A DNA stretch of 64,000 nt from a virus. The stretch spans positions 1-64,000 of the IMG/VR virus record IMGVR_UViG_3300042305_002088; one strand, written 5' to 3'. Below are positions 46,021-55,449 of this stretch, in pieces. The translations under genes and the position numbers were made by a program. The notes under the pieces are model-generated. The model was given only the letters and a program-made list of their open reading frames with translations. It was not told the DNA's origin and searched no databases. The number at the start of each line of letters is the position of its first letter. The first letter of the stretch is position 1.

Positions 46021-47130
46021 ATGGCAAAAAAGACTAATAACCCTTTAGATAACCTCAAAGACATCTTTAAGTCTGTTGATGATTTAAACCCTGATGCAGC
46101 AGTACTAGACGCTTCTACACTATCAACCGCTGAAGATTGGATTGATACAGGCTCATATGCCCTCAATGCAATTATTAGCGGTTCGATGTATAAAGGTATC
46201 CCGGTAGGTCGTATCACTGGGTTCTCCGGTCCTTCAATGGCTGGTAAGACTCTCATCATGAATAAGATTATGGCTAATGCTCAGAAGAAAGGGTATATTG
46301 CTGTAATTTGGGATTCTGAGGTAGCTGTTGATAAGAAGGGTGCTGAAGCAGTTGGCATGGACCCAACCATGACAAAGTACTACCCGGTTGAGACTATTGA
46401 GGATTGCCGTAATCAGATTTGTACGTTCCTAGATAACGTTATTAAGTCTGAAAATCCTGATCTGAAGTTTATTGTTTCAATTGACTCGTTGGGTAACTTA
46501 GCTTCTGCTAAAGAGATTAGAGATACAACCGCTGGTAAAGATGCCTCTGACGTCGGTCAAAGAGCTAAAGCTATCAAGTCGATGATGCGAGTCTTAACTT
46601 ATAAGGCTGCAAAAGCACGCGTACCGATTCTCTTTTCCAATCACGTCTACGACTCAATGGAGATGTTCCCGACCTTGGTTAAAACCCAATCAGGTGGCAA
46701 GGGACCGATTTATCTTGCTTCTGTCCTTGTACAGCTTTCTACACGAAATGAAAAAGTATCTGACAACCCTAACGAACAGTCTATTGCTATCGCTCACAAT
46801 ATCAGTGGTGTCACTTTGGGCGCTCTTACTATTAAAAATCGATTCGTACCTAATTACCTTAAGACTGAATTGTACCTTAACTTCAAAACAGGTCTGGATA
46901 AGCATGCGGGTTTATTTGAAATTGCTGAGGCGTTTAGCGTCATTGAAAAGCCAGGCCGCACAGTAATGTTTAATGGGGAGTCTCTAGGTTATCGTAAAGA
47001 CCTTGAAAAGAATTCAGAGTTCTGGGGCAAGATTATGCCTAAACTCGAAGAGGTTCTTCAAGACAAGCTTTGTTACGGTGGCGGTGAAACGTCAGTTGAT
47101 ATCGAAGAAGAAATTGATAATATTGATTGA
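46021..47130 (+). CDS. uvsX: RecA-like recombinase
   Basis: DTGSYALN, GPSMAGKT, DSE, IDSLG, SGGKG. Confidence 0.92.
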   Translation: MAKKTNNPLDNLKDIFKSVDDLNPDAAVLDASTLSTAEDWIDTGSYALNAIISGSMYKGIPVGRITGFSGPSMAGKTLIMNKIMANAQKKGYIAVIWDSEVAVDKKGAEAVGMDPTMTKYYPVETIEDCRNQICTFLDNVIKSENPDLKFIVSIDSLGNLASAKEIRDTTAGKDASDVGQRAKAIKSMMRVLTYKAAKARVPILFSNHVYDSMEMFPTLVKTQSGGKGPIYLASVLVQLSTRNEKVSDNPNEQSIAIAHNISGVTLGALTIKNRFVPNYLKTELYLNFKTGLDKHAGLFEIAEAFSVIEKPGRTVMFNGESLGYRKDLEKNSEFWGKIMPKLEEVLQDKLCYGGGETSVDIEEEIDNID

Positions 47131-48485
47131 TGTCTTCTAAACTCGATCTTGATTATTACGAGAATATAATCCTCTTTAACTCTCTCCTAAGTCAGGAGTA
47201 TCTCTCGTCGATTATAGAGTATGCAGATCCTGCTTACTTTAATGACAGTAATATTAAAACTGTCTTTAAGGCTATAACTTCATTCTTTAATGAAAGAGGT
47301 TTATGTCCTTCAGTTACAGAATTAAAAGCTCGTCTTACTACTGATGAAGAGAGAAAAGCTTTTAATGAAGTAGCAGTTAAGTTTAAAGAACTTGATACAA
47401 AGTTTAATAAAGAGGAGTTGCTCAATAATACAGAGCGCTTTCTTAAAGAGCGGTGCTTATATAAAACTATTGTTGATACTGCTGAGAAGTACGCTCAAGG
47501 TAAAGCAGATCCTGCCGATACTTTAAGAGACTTTGAAAAAGCTTATAATATTACTTTAGCTGAAGACTTTGGTTCTTGGTATTTCGAAGACATTGATGAG
47601 CACATTAATGAATTAACTAAAATTTATAACCCACTACCTACTGGTTGGAACTTCTTAGATGAAAGATTAGAAGGTGGGTTATTCCCTAAAACTTTAACAT
47701 GCCTTGTCGGGCAGGTCAATGTCGGTAAGAGTATCTTTTTAGGCAATTTAGCCACTAATATGGTTATGAAGGGTAAGAATGTCTTACTCATTTCTCTTGA
47801 GATGTCTGAGTTCATGTATGCAAAGAGAATTAGTACTCAGCTAACTCAAATTCCTCATAACGACTTAAAGGTTTATACAGATGAACTTAAGCAGCAGATT
47901 AGTCATCTTAAAAAGCAATTAGACTCTAGACTGATTATTAAAGAGTATGCACCTAAAACAATTACCGTACGTCACGTTGACGGGTATATTGGTAAATTAA
48001 AGCATAAAGGGTTTACTCCAGAGGTTGTAGTTATCGACTATATCAATCTTTTAAAACCAACTTCAAAGAATCTAAATTCTTATGCTGAAGTTAAAGAGAT
48101 TGCTGAACAACTCCGTGCACTCTCCTTTAAATATAATATACCGTTTGTTACGGCATCTCAATTAAACCGTGGAGCATTTAACACAGCATCGCCCGGGATG
48201 GAGGGCATTTCTGAAAGTATTGGCCTTGCTGCCACTTGTGACGTTATTTGCTCTCTTTGGCAGGAAGAAGAAGACAAAGAACTCGGACTCATTCATTTGG
48301 GTATGCAAAAAAACCGATTCGGGGTTAACTACGGTCACTGTACCTTTAAAGTTAAGTACGAAACACTCACACTCACTGAAGTTAACCCAGACCATTTTGC
48401 CCAAGAAAATACTCAACAAGCTGTACAAGAAGCTGAAAACACTTTAGCAAAATTAACAGAAGATAAAAAAGATCCGGAAACTTGA
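47127..48485 (+). CDS. gp41: replicative DnaB-like helicase
   Basis: GQVNVGKS, SLEMSE, IDYINLL, ASQLNR, KNRFG. Confidence 0.92.
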   Translation: MMSSKLDLDYYENIILFNSLLSQEYLSSIIEYADPAYFNDSNIKTVFKAITSFFNERGLCPSVTELKARLTTDEERKAFNEVAVKFKELDTKFNKEELLNNTERFLKERCLYKTIVDTAEKYAQGKADPADTLRDFEKAYNITLAEDFGSWYFEDIDEHINELTKIYNPLPTGWNFLDERLEGGLFPKTLTCLVGQVNVGKSIFLGNLATNMVMKGKNVLLISLEMSEFMYAKRISTQLTQIPHNDLKVYTDELKQQISHLKKQLDSRLIIKEYAPKTITVRHVDGYIGKLKHKGFTPEVVVIDYINLLKPTSKNLNSYAEVKEIAEQLRALSFKYNIPFVTASQLNRGAFNTASPGMEGISESIGLAATCDVICSLWQEEEDKELGLIHLGMQKNRFGVNYGHCTFKVKYETLTLTEVNPDHFAQENTQQAVQEAENTLAKLTEDKKDPET

Positions 48486-48522
48486 TTATTGGAGTAGTAT
48501 GTAGTAAATACTCTACATACAA

Positions 48523-48831
48523 ATGTTTAACGAAAAAGTCCTCAATGATTTTAATTCTCGAACAAATCCATTAAATCAGATTTGTACAAAAGAGTATATT
48601 CTTGGGGTATTTAAATTTGGATCTTTTCTTTCTATCATTCATAATAAAAGACTAAACCCTGCTGCTATATTTGTATGTATTTTAGAGAACAAAGAAATAA
48701 GAGACTTATTTGTAGAAGTTACTCATTCAGACAGTGTGCACGAAGCCTTACTTGGCCTGTTGCAATTATACCCCCCGCTATTAAAATCGAAAAATACCAA
48801 ACGGTTGTTTAAGAAGTCGATAGCAAAGTGA
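48523..48831 (+). CDS. hypothetical protein
   Basis: TAAATA at 48505-48510. Confidence 0.6.
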   Translation: MFNEKVLNDFNSRTNPLNQICTKEYILGVFKFGSFLSIIHNKRLNPAAIFVCILENKEIRDLFVEVTHSDSVHEALLGLLQLYPPLLKSKNTKRLFKKSIAK

Positions 48832-49499
48832 TTACTGATTTAGAGCGCAGAATTTATAACAAACATTTAGCTGTATCTCGTTCTCTACGAGGTAAGGCTT
48901 TTAAGTTAAAACAAGACTTTACAGACTTTCAAAACGATCCCAAATATCTTCATATTAAGCGTCTTGCTACCTTCTTTTCCAAGTACCCAGACGTTAATAT
49001 GGATACCTATTTTATAGCACCTTATAAACTCTATACAGACGTTCAATATTTTGATCTATCTTATTTTGCATCGCCGAGAGCCATCAAAACTTATACAATT
49101 TATAAACAACAACTCTTACAAGAATCACCAGACTCTCAAAAAACAGATGTTAAGGAATCATTAACATTTTTAGTCCGTTATTGTTTACAGAACAGTATTC
49201 AACTTCATGATTACGTCTTTCATAAAGAAAAAGGAATAGAGCCAATTTGGACATACCATATTAAACATAACAAAATTAACCCTTACGTTTTAATGGAATT
49301 TCCAAATCTTTTTCATACAATACAAGAAATGCCGAGAGATGAGAGGGAAATACTTCTAGGTCGTTTTGGAACTAATTTCCTCGAATACCGGACACGATAT
49401 ATGAATTCTAAAGAACTAAGACCGTTTTTGGAAAAAGCTTTTGTTCGCCTAAAACTTTTTGTAGATAAAAACTTGAACTCTGCAAAATATCAACCATAA
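48828..49499 (+). CDS. hypothetical protein, possible gp59-like helicase loader
   Basis: Size and position immediately before gp32; sequence support is weak. Confidence 0.4.
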   Translation: MITDLERRIYNKHLAVSRSLRGKAFKLKQDFTDFQNDPKYLHIKRLATFFSKYPDVNMDTYFIAPYKLYTDVQYFDLSYFASPRAIKTYTIYKQQLLQESPDSQKTDVKESLTFLVRYCLQNSIQLHDYVFHKEKGIEPIWTYHIKHNKINPYVLMEFPNLFHTIQEMPRDEREILLGRFGTNFLEYRTRYMNSKELRPFLEKAFVRLKLFVDKNLNSAKYQP

Positions 49500-49509
49500 T
49501 AATAACACT

Positions 49510-50436
49510 ATGACATTCACTAAAAATATGTTTAACGAAATTAAGGCCTCTTTGTCTGATAAGAAAGATTCTTCTTATAAAGAGATCATGAAATTTGAGC
49601 CCGGCAAGACTTACGTTGTTCGTCTTGTACCTAATGTTACCGATCCTAAATCGACCATGTATCATTACTATCACCATTCCTGGAACAGCCTTTGTACAGG
49701 TCAGTTTGTTACTACCCTTTGCCCTTCGACTTATGGAGAGCAATGCCCTATTGATCAACTCGTTCTTAAGACCTACAATACAGGTTCTGCAGAAGAGAAG
49801 GAGAAGATTAAGCCTATTACTCGTAAAGAGAACTGGTATGTTAATGCTTATGTTATCTCTGATCCTACCAACCCTGAGAACGAAGGTAAGGTTAAGGTTA
49901 TTCGCTACGGTAAAGAGCTTGCTAAGATTATTAACTCTGCCATTGATGGCGATGATGCCGATGAGTTTGGTGTTAAGATCTTTGACGTTGCTGAAGGCTG
50001 TTCTCTGAAGGTTAAGTGTGAATCCCGCACTGGTATGGGCGGTAGCCGAGCTTTTGTTACTTACTCGGCCTCTAAGTTCACCTCACCTTCTAAGCTTGAG
50101 GGTATTGATGCCAAGAAGCTCGACGCTATCTATGAATCCGCTCACGATCTTAGTAAGCTTGTTAAACCTAAGACTTATGCTGAGCTTCAACGTATGCTCG
50201 ATCAGCACTTCTTCTGCATTCAAGATGTAACTAATCTTGAAGAAGAAGACGAAACACCAACACCTGCTAAAGTAGCTGAGGTTAAAAAGAACGATGCTCT
50301 TGATTCAATCTTTGCAGGTATTAAAGAGTCTACCTCTACTACTGAGCCTGCTGTATCTAAAGTAGCAGTCTCTGAAGAGAAGCCTGCCGTGGATGACACT
50401 GATGCTAAACTCAAAGAACTTCTCGCAAGTCTCTAA
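49510..50436 (+). CDS. gp32: single-stranded DNA-binding protein
   Basis: VRLVP, CPSTYGEQCPI, NAYVISDPTNPENEGKV, acidic tail. Confidence 0.9.
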   Translation: MTFTKNMFNEIKASLSDKKDSSYKEIMKFEPGKTYVVRLVPNVTDPKSTMYHYYHHSWNSLCTGQFVTTLCPSTYGEQCPIDQLVLKTYNTGSAEEKEKIKPITRKENWYVNAYVISDPTNPENEGKVKVIRYGKELAKIINSAIDGDDADEFGVKIFDVAEGCSLKVKCESRTGMGGSRAFVTYSASKFTSPSKLEGIDAKKLDAIYESAHDLSKLVKPKTYAELQRMLDQHFFCIQDVTNLEEEDETPTPAKVAEVKKNDALDSIFAGIKESTSTTEPAVSKVAVSEEKPAVDDTDAKLKELLASL

Positions 50437-50439
50437 TTT

Positions 50440-51105
50440 ATGTTAAGAAGTAAAAAGAAACTCCAATACGCTAACCACAACGTAATTCATTCTCAAGAAG
50501 AGATTAATGAGCTTATTGAGAATGGAGCTAAAGCTTACGAAGCATATCTTGATGCCTTAGGTTTTGACTGGCGCAATGACCCTAATAGTTCAGATACACC
50601 TCGTCGTGTTGCCAAGGCATTTGTTACAGACCTAGCTATGGGCTGTTATACAGAACCACCTAAAGTGACTGCCTTTGATAACGTAGATAGTTACGATGGT
50701 ATGGTCTGTCAGAATAACATTAAGGTTGTTTCGATGTGCTCTCATCACCATGCACCTTTTATGGGTGTTGCGCACGTTGCCTATATACCTGCTGCAAATG
50801 GTAAAGTAATTGGTCTCTCGAAGCTCAATCGTATTGTTGATTGGTTTTCACGCCGCCCTCAAGTTCAGGAGAACCTTACTATGCAGATTCACCAGTATAT
50901 TGATGCAGTCTGCGAGAAGAATAAAGGAGTAGCTGTCTTAATTGAAGCTAATCATACTTGCTGTTCTAATCGCGGTATTAAACATGATAGTACTATGAGG
51001 ACTGCTAGAATGTCTGGATCTTTCTTAGATGAAAAAGATAATTCAAGGGCTGAGTTTTACAAATTTGTTGAATTTGCCCAAAACAATAAAGGCCACATTT
51101 CGTAA
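50440..51105 (+). CDS. folE: GTP cyclohydrolase I
   Basis: TPRRVAK, SMCSHH, GLSKLNR, RPQVQE, HTC..RG. Confidence 0.95.
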   Translation: MLRSKKKLQYANHNVIHSQEEINELIENGAKAYEAYLDALGFDWRNDPNSSDTPRRVAKAFVTDLAMGCYTEPPKVTAFDNVDSYDGMVCQNNIKVVSMCSHHHAPFMGVAHVAYIPAANGKVIGLSKLNRIVDWFSRRPQVQENLTMQIHQYIDAVCEKNKGVAVLIEANHTCCSNRGIKHDSTMRTARMSGSFLDEKDNSRAEFYKFVEFAQNNKGHIS

Positions 51106-51106
51106 A

Positions 51107-51556
51107 ATGATCACGGATGAACAACTTGCAACAGCGCTAGTCGCTAAAATGGCTGGTATGGAGCTTAAAAAGGTTGACGATAACACCCTTACTCAATCTT
51201 CTACTGGTCCTGCTACTAAAATTGACCCGAAGAATTTTCTTCCCGGGGTTCAACAACATCAGCAAAACCAGCAGCAAAGAATGATCGAAGAGCTCAATAG
51301 GCAGGCTATGATGGCCCATCCACTACCTCAGCAGCAAATGCCTATTCAACAAGCGCCTGTTGTTCAAACAGTAAGTACACCACAACCGCAAACCTTCACG
51401 GGACAGGATCCTAATCAATTAACCTTTGATTTTATTGATGAAGCTACACAGAAAAAGTCACTTAAGCAGCTTGATTTAATTGTTGATTACCTGTATTCTA
51501 TTAACAACAAATTAGATAAGATTTTAAGTCGTGACAAACATTCTGTCTCTCAATAA
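51107..51556 (+). CDS. Gln/Pro-rich hypothetical protein
   Basis: Start revised to the ATG just after the folE stop; DPNQLTFDF. Confidence 0.6.
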   Translation: MITDEQLATALVAKMAGMELKKVDDNTLTQSSTGPATKIDPKNFLPGVQQHQQNQQQRMIEELNRQAMMAHPLPQQQMPIQQAPVVQTVSTPQPQTFTGQDPNQLTFDFIDEATQKKSLKQLDLIVDYLYSINNKLDKILSRDKHSVSQ

Positions 51557-52268
51557 AGAATCCTTCGTACAGAAGTTCTTAACACCTATCAGCAAATTAG
51601 CTGATAACGTTTCAATATCGTTTAATGATGATGAGGTGTTTACTACTTGTGCTTCTCAAGACGGGTCAATTGTATTACTGGCCAGTTATAAAACTGATAC
51701 AGCTGTAAAAGGTATTCCTCGGATTAATCTTCCTGATGTTAAGAAGTTTGTAAGGCTTCTTGATTGTGTAGACCAGGATAATATTGCCTTAACCATTGAG
51801 AACAATCATCTCAAGTATACTACTCCTTCCTTTAAGTTTAATTACTTCTTACTTGAAGACAGCTACATGCAGAGGTGCCCGGTTAACCCAGATAAGATTA
51901 AACAGCTAAAATATGATACAGCTTTCCTTTTACCTAATACAAAGTTTAATGAAGTATTAAAGGGTAGCTCCATTGCTACAGATTCTGATAAGTTATATTT
52001 TTATACAAAAGACGGTAAGGTGTATTGTGAATTAAATGATCTGGAAAGACAGAACATTAATAATATTACATATCTTGTAGCAGAGAAGTTTGTTGGTGAA
52101 AGCATTAAGAATACTTTACCTCTTAACTTAGAGAATATCCGTTTACTTGCTGGAACTAAATGCAACGAATTCACTGTAAAGGTTAACAACGAACTAAAAG
52201 TAACCCTTTTTCAGATTGAAGAAAAAGATATTGATATAAAATTTATTATATCAGCGCTGGTAAAATAA
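51531..52268 (+). CDS. gp45: DNA sliding clamp (gp45/PCNA-like)
   Basis: 245 aa, two-domain clamp-like alpha/beta pattern, C-terminal KFIISALVK; replication context. Confidence 0.65.
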   Translation: MTNILSLNKESFVQKFLTPISKLADNVSISFNDDEVFTTCASQDGSIVLLASYKTDTAVKGIPRINLPDVKKFVRLLDCVDQDNIALTIENNHLKYTTPSFKFNYFLLEDSYMQRCPVNPDKIKQLKYDTAFLLPNTKFNEVLKGSSIATDSDKLYFYTKDGKVYCELNDLERQNINNITYLVAEKFVGESIKNTLPLNLENIRLLAGTKCNEFTVKVNNELKVTLFQIEEKDIDIKFIISALVK

Positions 52269-52291
52269 CACCTTGTAGTATAAGTTTTAAT

Positions 52292-52621
52292 ATGTCAAAT
52301 AAATTGTCCACATTAGGTTACACACTGAAACGTTTACGGGATTCAGGTTATTATGCTCATAAACTTTTTACTGAGTACAATGAAGCTGATCCTCGAGCTT
52401 GGACAATTGTTATCGACCCAAGTGTATCATCAGTGTTTTGCACCTGCTTTGTCAACGAACCTTTTTATGGAGATTCTTATTTTGAGTTAACAGATGGTGA
52501 TCAAAGAATTCCTGGTCGTTTAAAAATTTCTACCTCTTCGTTTGAGGTACTTGTTGAGCATTTAGTCAAATATAACATTAATAATAAAGCACCAGGGTAT
52601 AATAAGAAATTTAATAAATAA
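52292..52621 (+). CDS. hypothetical protein
   Basis: 109-aa ORF. Confidence 0.65.
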   Translation: MSNKLSTLGYTLKRLRDSGYYAHKLFTEYNEADPRAWTIVIDPSVSSVFCTCFVNEPFYGDSYFELTDGDQRIPGRLKISTSSFEVLVEHLVKYNINNKAPGYNKKFNK

Positions 52622-52625
52622 TTGT

Positions 52626-53000
52626 ATGCCCGGGGAGGACAAAAATAAAAAGAAACCCAAACGGGCTTATCGTAAAAAGAAGACTGATGCTATGGGTCTG
52701 AGTGCCCTAAACCCTGAAGATCAATTACTACCAGCTAAACAGTTAGCACAAGTTGAAGATGTTATTAAACAGGCTTTTCTTCGCTTCTACGATAACGCAA
52801 CCCTAAAACAATATAAGGTTAAAGATCTAGAACACCTTGATACTGTTGTATCAGAGTTTTTAGGTTCATTTATGATTTTAGGTTACGATATAAATGGTGA
52901 AAAGGTTCTTATTATGCATGCCACAAACCCTCATGATAGGGATGCACTTATAGAGCATATGAGAACAACATTGCTTGGAATTATCAATCCACAAGGTTAA
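52626..53000 (+). CDS. hypothetical late protein
   Basis: TAAATA at 52615-52620. Confidence 0.6.
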   Translation: MPGEDKNKKKPKRAYRKKKTDAMGLSALNPEDQLLPAKQLAQVEDVIKQAFLRFYDNATLKQYKVKDLEHLDTVVSEFLGSFMILGYDINGEKVLIMHATNPHDRDALIEHMRTTLLGIINPQG

Positions 53001-53008
53001 ATAACTTC

Positions 53009-54790
53009 GTGCCAAAAAACGAAGAGGTATTTAAAGATCCCTACGAAGATGTTATAATAGAGAACCCTATAGACGATTCTCAGTTCTATAGAGGTGATAA
53101 AAATGTACCAAAAGAGGATGCCCAGTTTGAATGGACTCCTAAGATGGTTAAGGAGCTCAAGAAGTGTAAAGAGAATATCATACACTTTGCTGAGAACCAT
53201 TTCTGGATTGTAAACCTCGATCGAGGTAAGATGAAGATTGAGCTCTATAAAGCTCAAAAACGTGCCCTTAAGTCTCTTGCCGACAATAGGTTTGTCTGTG
53301 TCTTAGCCTCCCGTCAATGTGGTAAGACGACGATTACTACGATATACGCGCTCTGGAATACCTGCTTCTTTGACGACCAAAGAGTTATTATTGTTGCCAA
53401 TAAAGAAAATACTGCAATTAACATTTTTAAGAGAATAAGAATGGCTTATGAATTATTACCGAACTATCTCAAACCCGGTGTTAAAGAGTATGGTAAGACG
53501 GGTGTTACTTTTGCTAACGGTTCTAGTATAGGTATTAGTACCACGACGTCGACAGCAGCTCGTGGTGATACGGCTTCTATTCTTTGTATTGACGAGGCAG
53601 CTTTCATTGACCCTCACTTTATGGATGAGTTCTGGAAATCAGTTATCCCGATTGTTTCATCTGGTAAAAAGACAAAAATTTTCATGGTCAGTACCCCAAA
53701 CGGTTCAGGTAACAAGTTTTACGAAATATATTCTGGTGCTGAAAAGGAAACTAATGGTTGGACAGCTGAAAGAATTGATTGGTGGGATGTTCCCGGAAGA
53801 GGTGAAAAGTGGCGAAAGCAGATGGTAGCAGCTCTTGGTTCTGATGAAGCTTTTCAACAAGAGTTTGGTAATACGTTTCTTGATGCTGGTAATTCTGCAG
53901 TCGGAGCTTCGGTTATTGAGAGATTTAAAGAAAATAAAAAACCTGCCATCCATACAAGCGATGAAGGTGCGTACAAAGTCTTTGAGGTCCCAGATATTAA
54001 CAAACTTTACGCAATCGGTGTTGACGTCGGAGAGGGTATTGGGAGAGCCTCCTCTGTGGCCCAAGTACTTGATGTTACAGACTTAACTGACATTAAACAG
54101 GTAGCTGTGTACGGAACTAATACTGTTGAACCTTATCACTATGCTAACAAATTAGTTAATCTTTGTTCCCAATGGGGTAACCCACCTCTGTTAGTTGAGA
54201 GAAATAACTGTGGTGCACAAATTATTGATGCCCTTTTCCACAAACACATGTACGAAAAAATTGTATCATGTTCCAAGTTAGCCAACACCGGGTCATTTTC
54301 TAATACCAGACATCTAGGAATTCTTTCACATAATAATCTCCGCTTTGCAGGTGTTGCTAATATGCGTTACTGGGTCAACTTCCTACAGGTTGTCCATATT
54401 AATGATCTCGACACAATTAAAGAGTTTGAAACTTTCATCCGTTACCCAAACGGAACTTACAGAAAGAAGAATGACCAATTTTACGATGACCGAATTATGT
54501 CTCTTGTTTGGGCTTTGTTTATTTTAGAACCAGAAATCTGCCAACAATATTTTGAAGTTAAAGAGTTTGATGACCAAAATAAACCTCTACGCATTGGAAA
54601 CCTCGATTACTATGAACCTGATAAAAGTCTTTATAAGGTAAAAGACTTAAATAATAGTAACAATATAACAACTTTGGGTAACACTGAAGAGTCAATGTTT
54701 CAGCCATTAGTTTCAGAAAAAGAATTTGAAAAAATGTATGATACATCGGATTTAGACGATTTAATGTCTCAAGGTTGGAAACCAATGTAA
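53009..54790 (+). CDS. gp17: terminase large subunit
   Basis: SRQCGKTT, IDEAAF, STPNG, FQQEF, GVDVGEG, DDRIMS. Confidence 0.95.
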   Translation: MPKNEEVFKDPYEDVIIENPIDDSQFYRGDKNVPKEDAQFEWTPKMVKELKKCKENIIHFAENHFWIVNLDRGKMKIELYKAQKRALKSLADNRFVCVLASRQCGKTTITTIYALWNTCFFDDQRVIIVANKENTAINIFKRIRMAYELLPNYLKPGVKEYGKTGVTFANGSSIGISTTTSTAARGDTASILCIDEAAFIDPHFMDEFWKSVIPIVSSGKKTKIFMVSTPNGSGNKFYEIYSGAEKETNGWTAERIDWWDVPGRGEKWRKQMVAALGSDEAFQQEFGNTFLDAGNSAVGASVIERFKENKKPAIHTSDEGAYKVFEVPDINKLYAIGVDVGEGIGRASSVAQVLDVTDLTDIKQVAVYGTNTVEPYHYANKLVNLCSQWGNPPLLVERNNCGAQIIDALFHKHMYEKIVSCSKLANTGSFSNTRHLGILSHNNLRFAGVANMRYWVNFLQVVHINDLDTIKEFETFIRYPNGTYRKKNDQFYDDRIMSLVWALFILEPEICQQYFEVKEFDDQNKPLRIGNLDYYEPDKSLYKVKDLNNSNNITTLGNTEESMFQPLVSEKEFEKMYDTSDLDDLMSQGWKPM

Positions 54791-54791
54791 T

Positions 54792-55400
54792 ATGCCAGAT
54801 AACGACCTTTGCGAGACACCTCAAGCTACCCAGCAATCAGTTCTTAATAGATCAAGTAAAGATAAATTTTTGCTTGTTTTAAATTTACCTACCATTCTTA
54901 AAGAAAGATCTAAAACCGATTCTAAAATTAAACTTGACCCTTTACAGATGAGTGTGCACGGAACTATAGTTCCTGCTATTCAGGTACCAGCTAATGAAGT
55001 TCGTTTTGCAGGACAATCTTACAATGTATCCTCTCACTCTCGCCCAAACTATCAACCACTAACTGTTAATTTTATTGTTGACAACAAATTTTATAATTAT
55101 TGGCTACTTTGGAAATGGTTAGATGTACTCAATACATCCCGTGGTAGCTTGTATGACGGTACAAAAGAAAAAAACAAAACAAGACAATATAACACAGAAC
55201 AAGGAGATCTATTAGAATATCAATCTAATTTAACTGTTTTTAGTTTAAACGAATACAATCAAAGAAGTGTGGAATTTTTATATTTTAACGCTTTTATAAC
55301 CAATCTCGGAGCTATTAATTATAGTTATAGAGATTCAGAAATTATAGAAGCCACTGCAGAATTTCAGTTTAGTCAGCTTAAAATTAATTTATTAAGCTAA
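54792..55400 (+). CDS. gp3: tail completion / tube terminator (gp3-like)
   Basis: YQPLTVNFIVD..FYNYWLLWKWL tube-fold signature. Confidence 0.7.
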   Translation: MPDNDLCETPQATQQSVLNRSSKDKFLLVLNLPTILKERSKTDSKIKLDPLQMSVHGTIVPAIQVPANEVRFAGQSYNVSSHSRPNYQPLTVNFIVDNKFYNYWLLWKWLDVLNTSRGSLYDGTKEKNKTRQYNTEQGDLLEYQSNLTVFSLNEYNQRSVEFLYFNAFITNLGAINYSYRDSEIIEATAEFQFSQLKINLLS

Positions 55401-55430
55401 ATTTCGATAAAAAAATATACCCAGAAACAA

Positions 55431-55436
55431 TAAATA
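55431..55436 (+). promoter_or_regulatory. late promoter motif TAAATA
   Basis: T4 TATAAATA-like; recurs shortly before most structural genes (52998, 57655, 58222, 60733, 63018). Confidence 0.7.
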
Positions 55437-55449
55437 ATAATATAACAAT

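Noticed and set aside
52626-53000. Terminase small subunit call
   Set aside because: Only the position supports it; no recognisable gp16 motif
40140-54790. Inteins or introns in the polymerase, helicase, recombinase or terminase
   Set aside because: Lengths are ordinary, motifs are contiguous and no splicing motifs are seen
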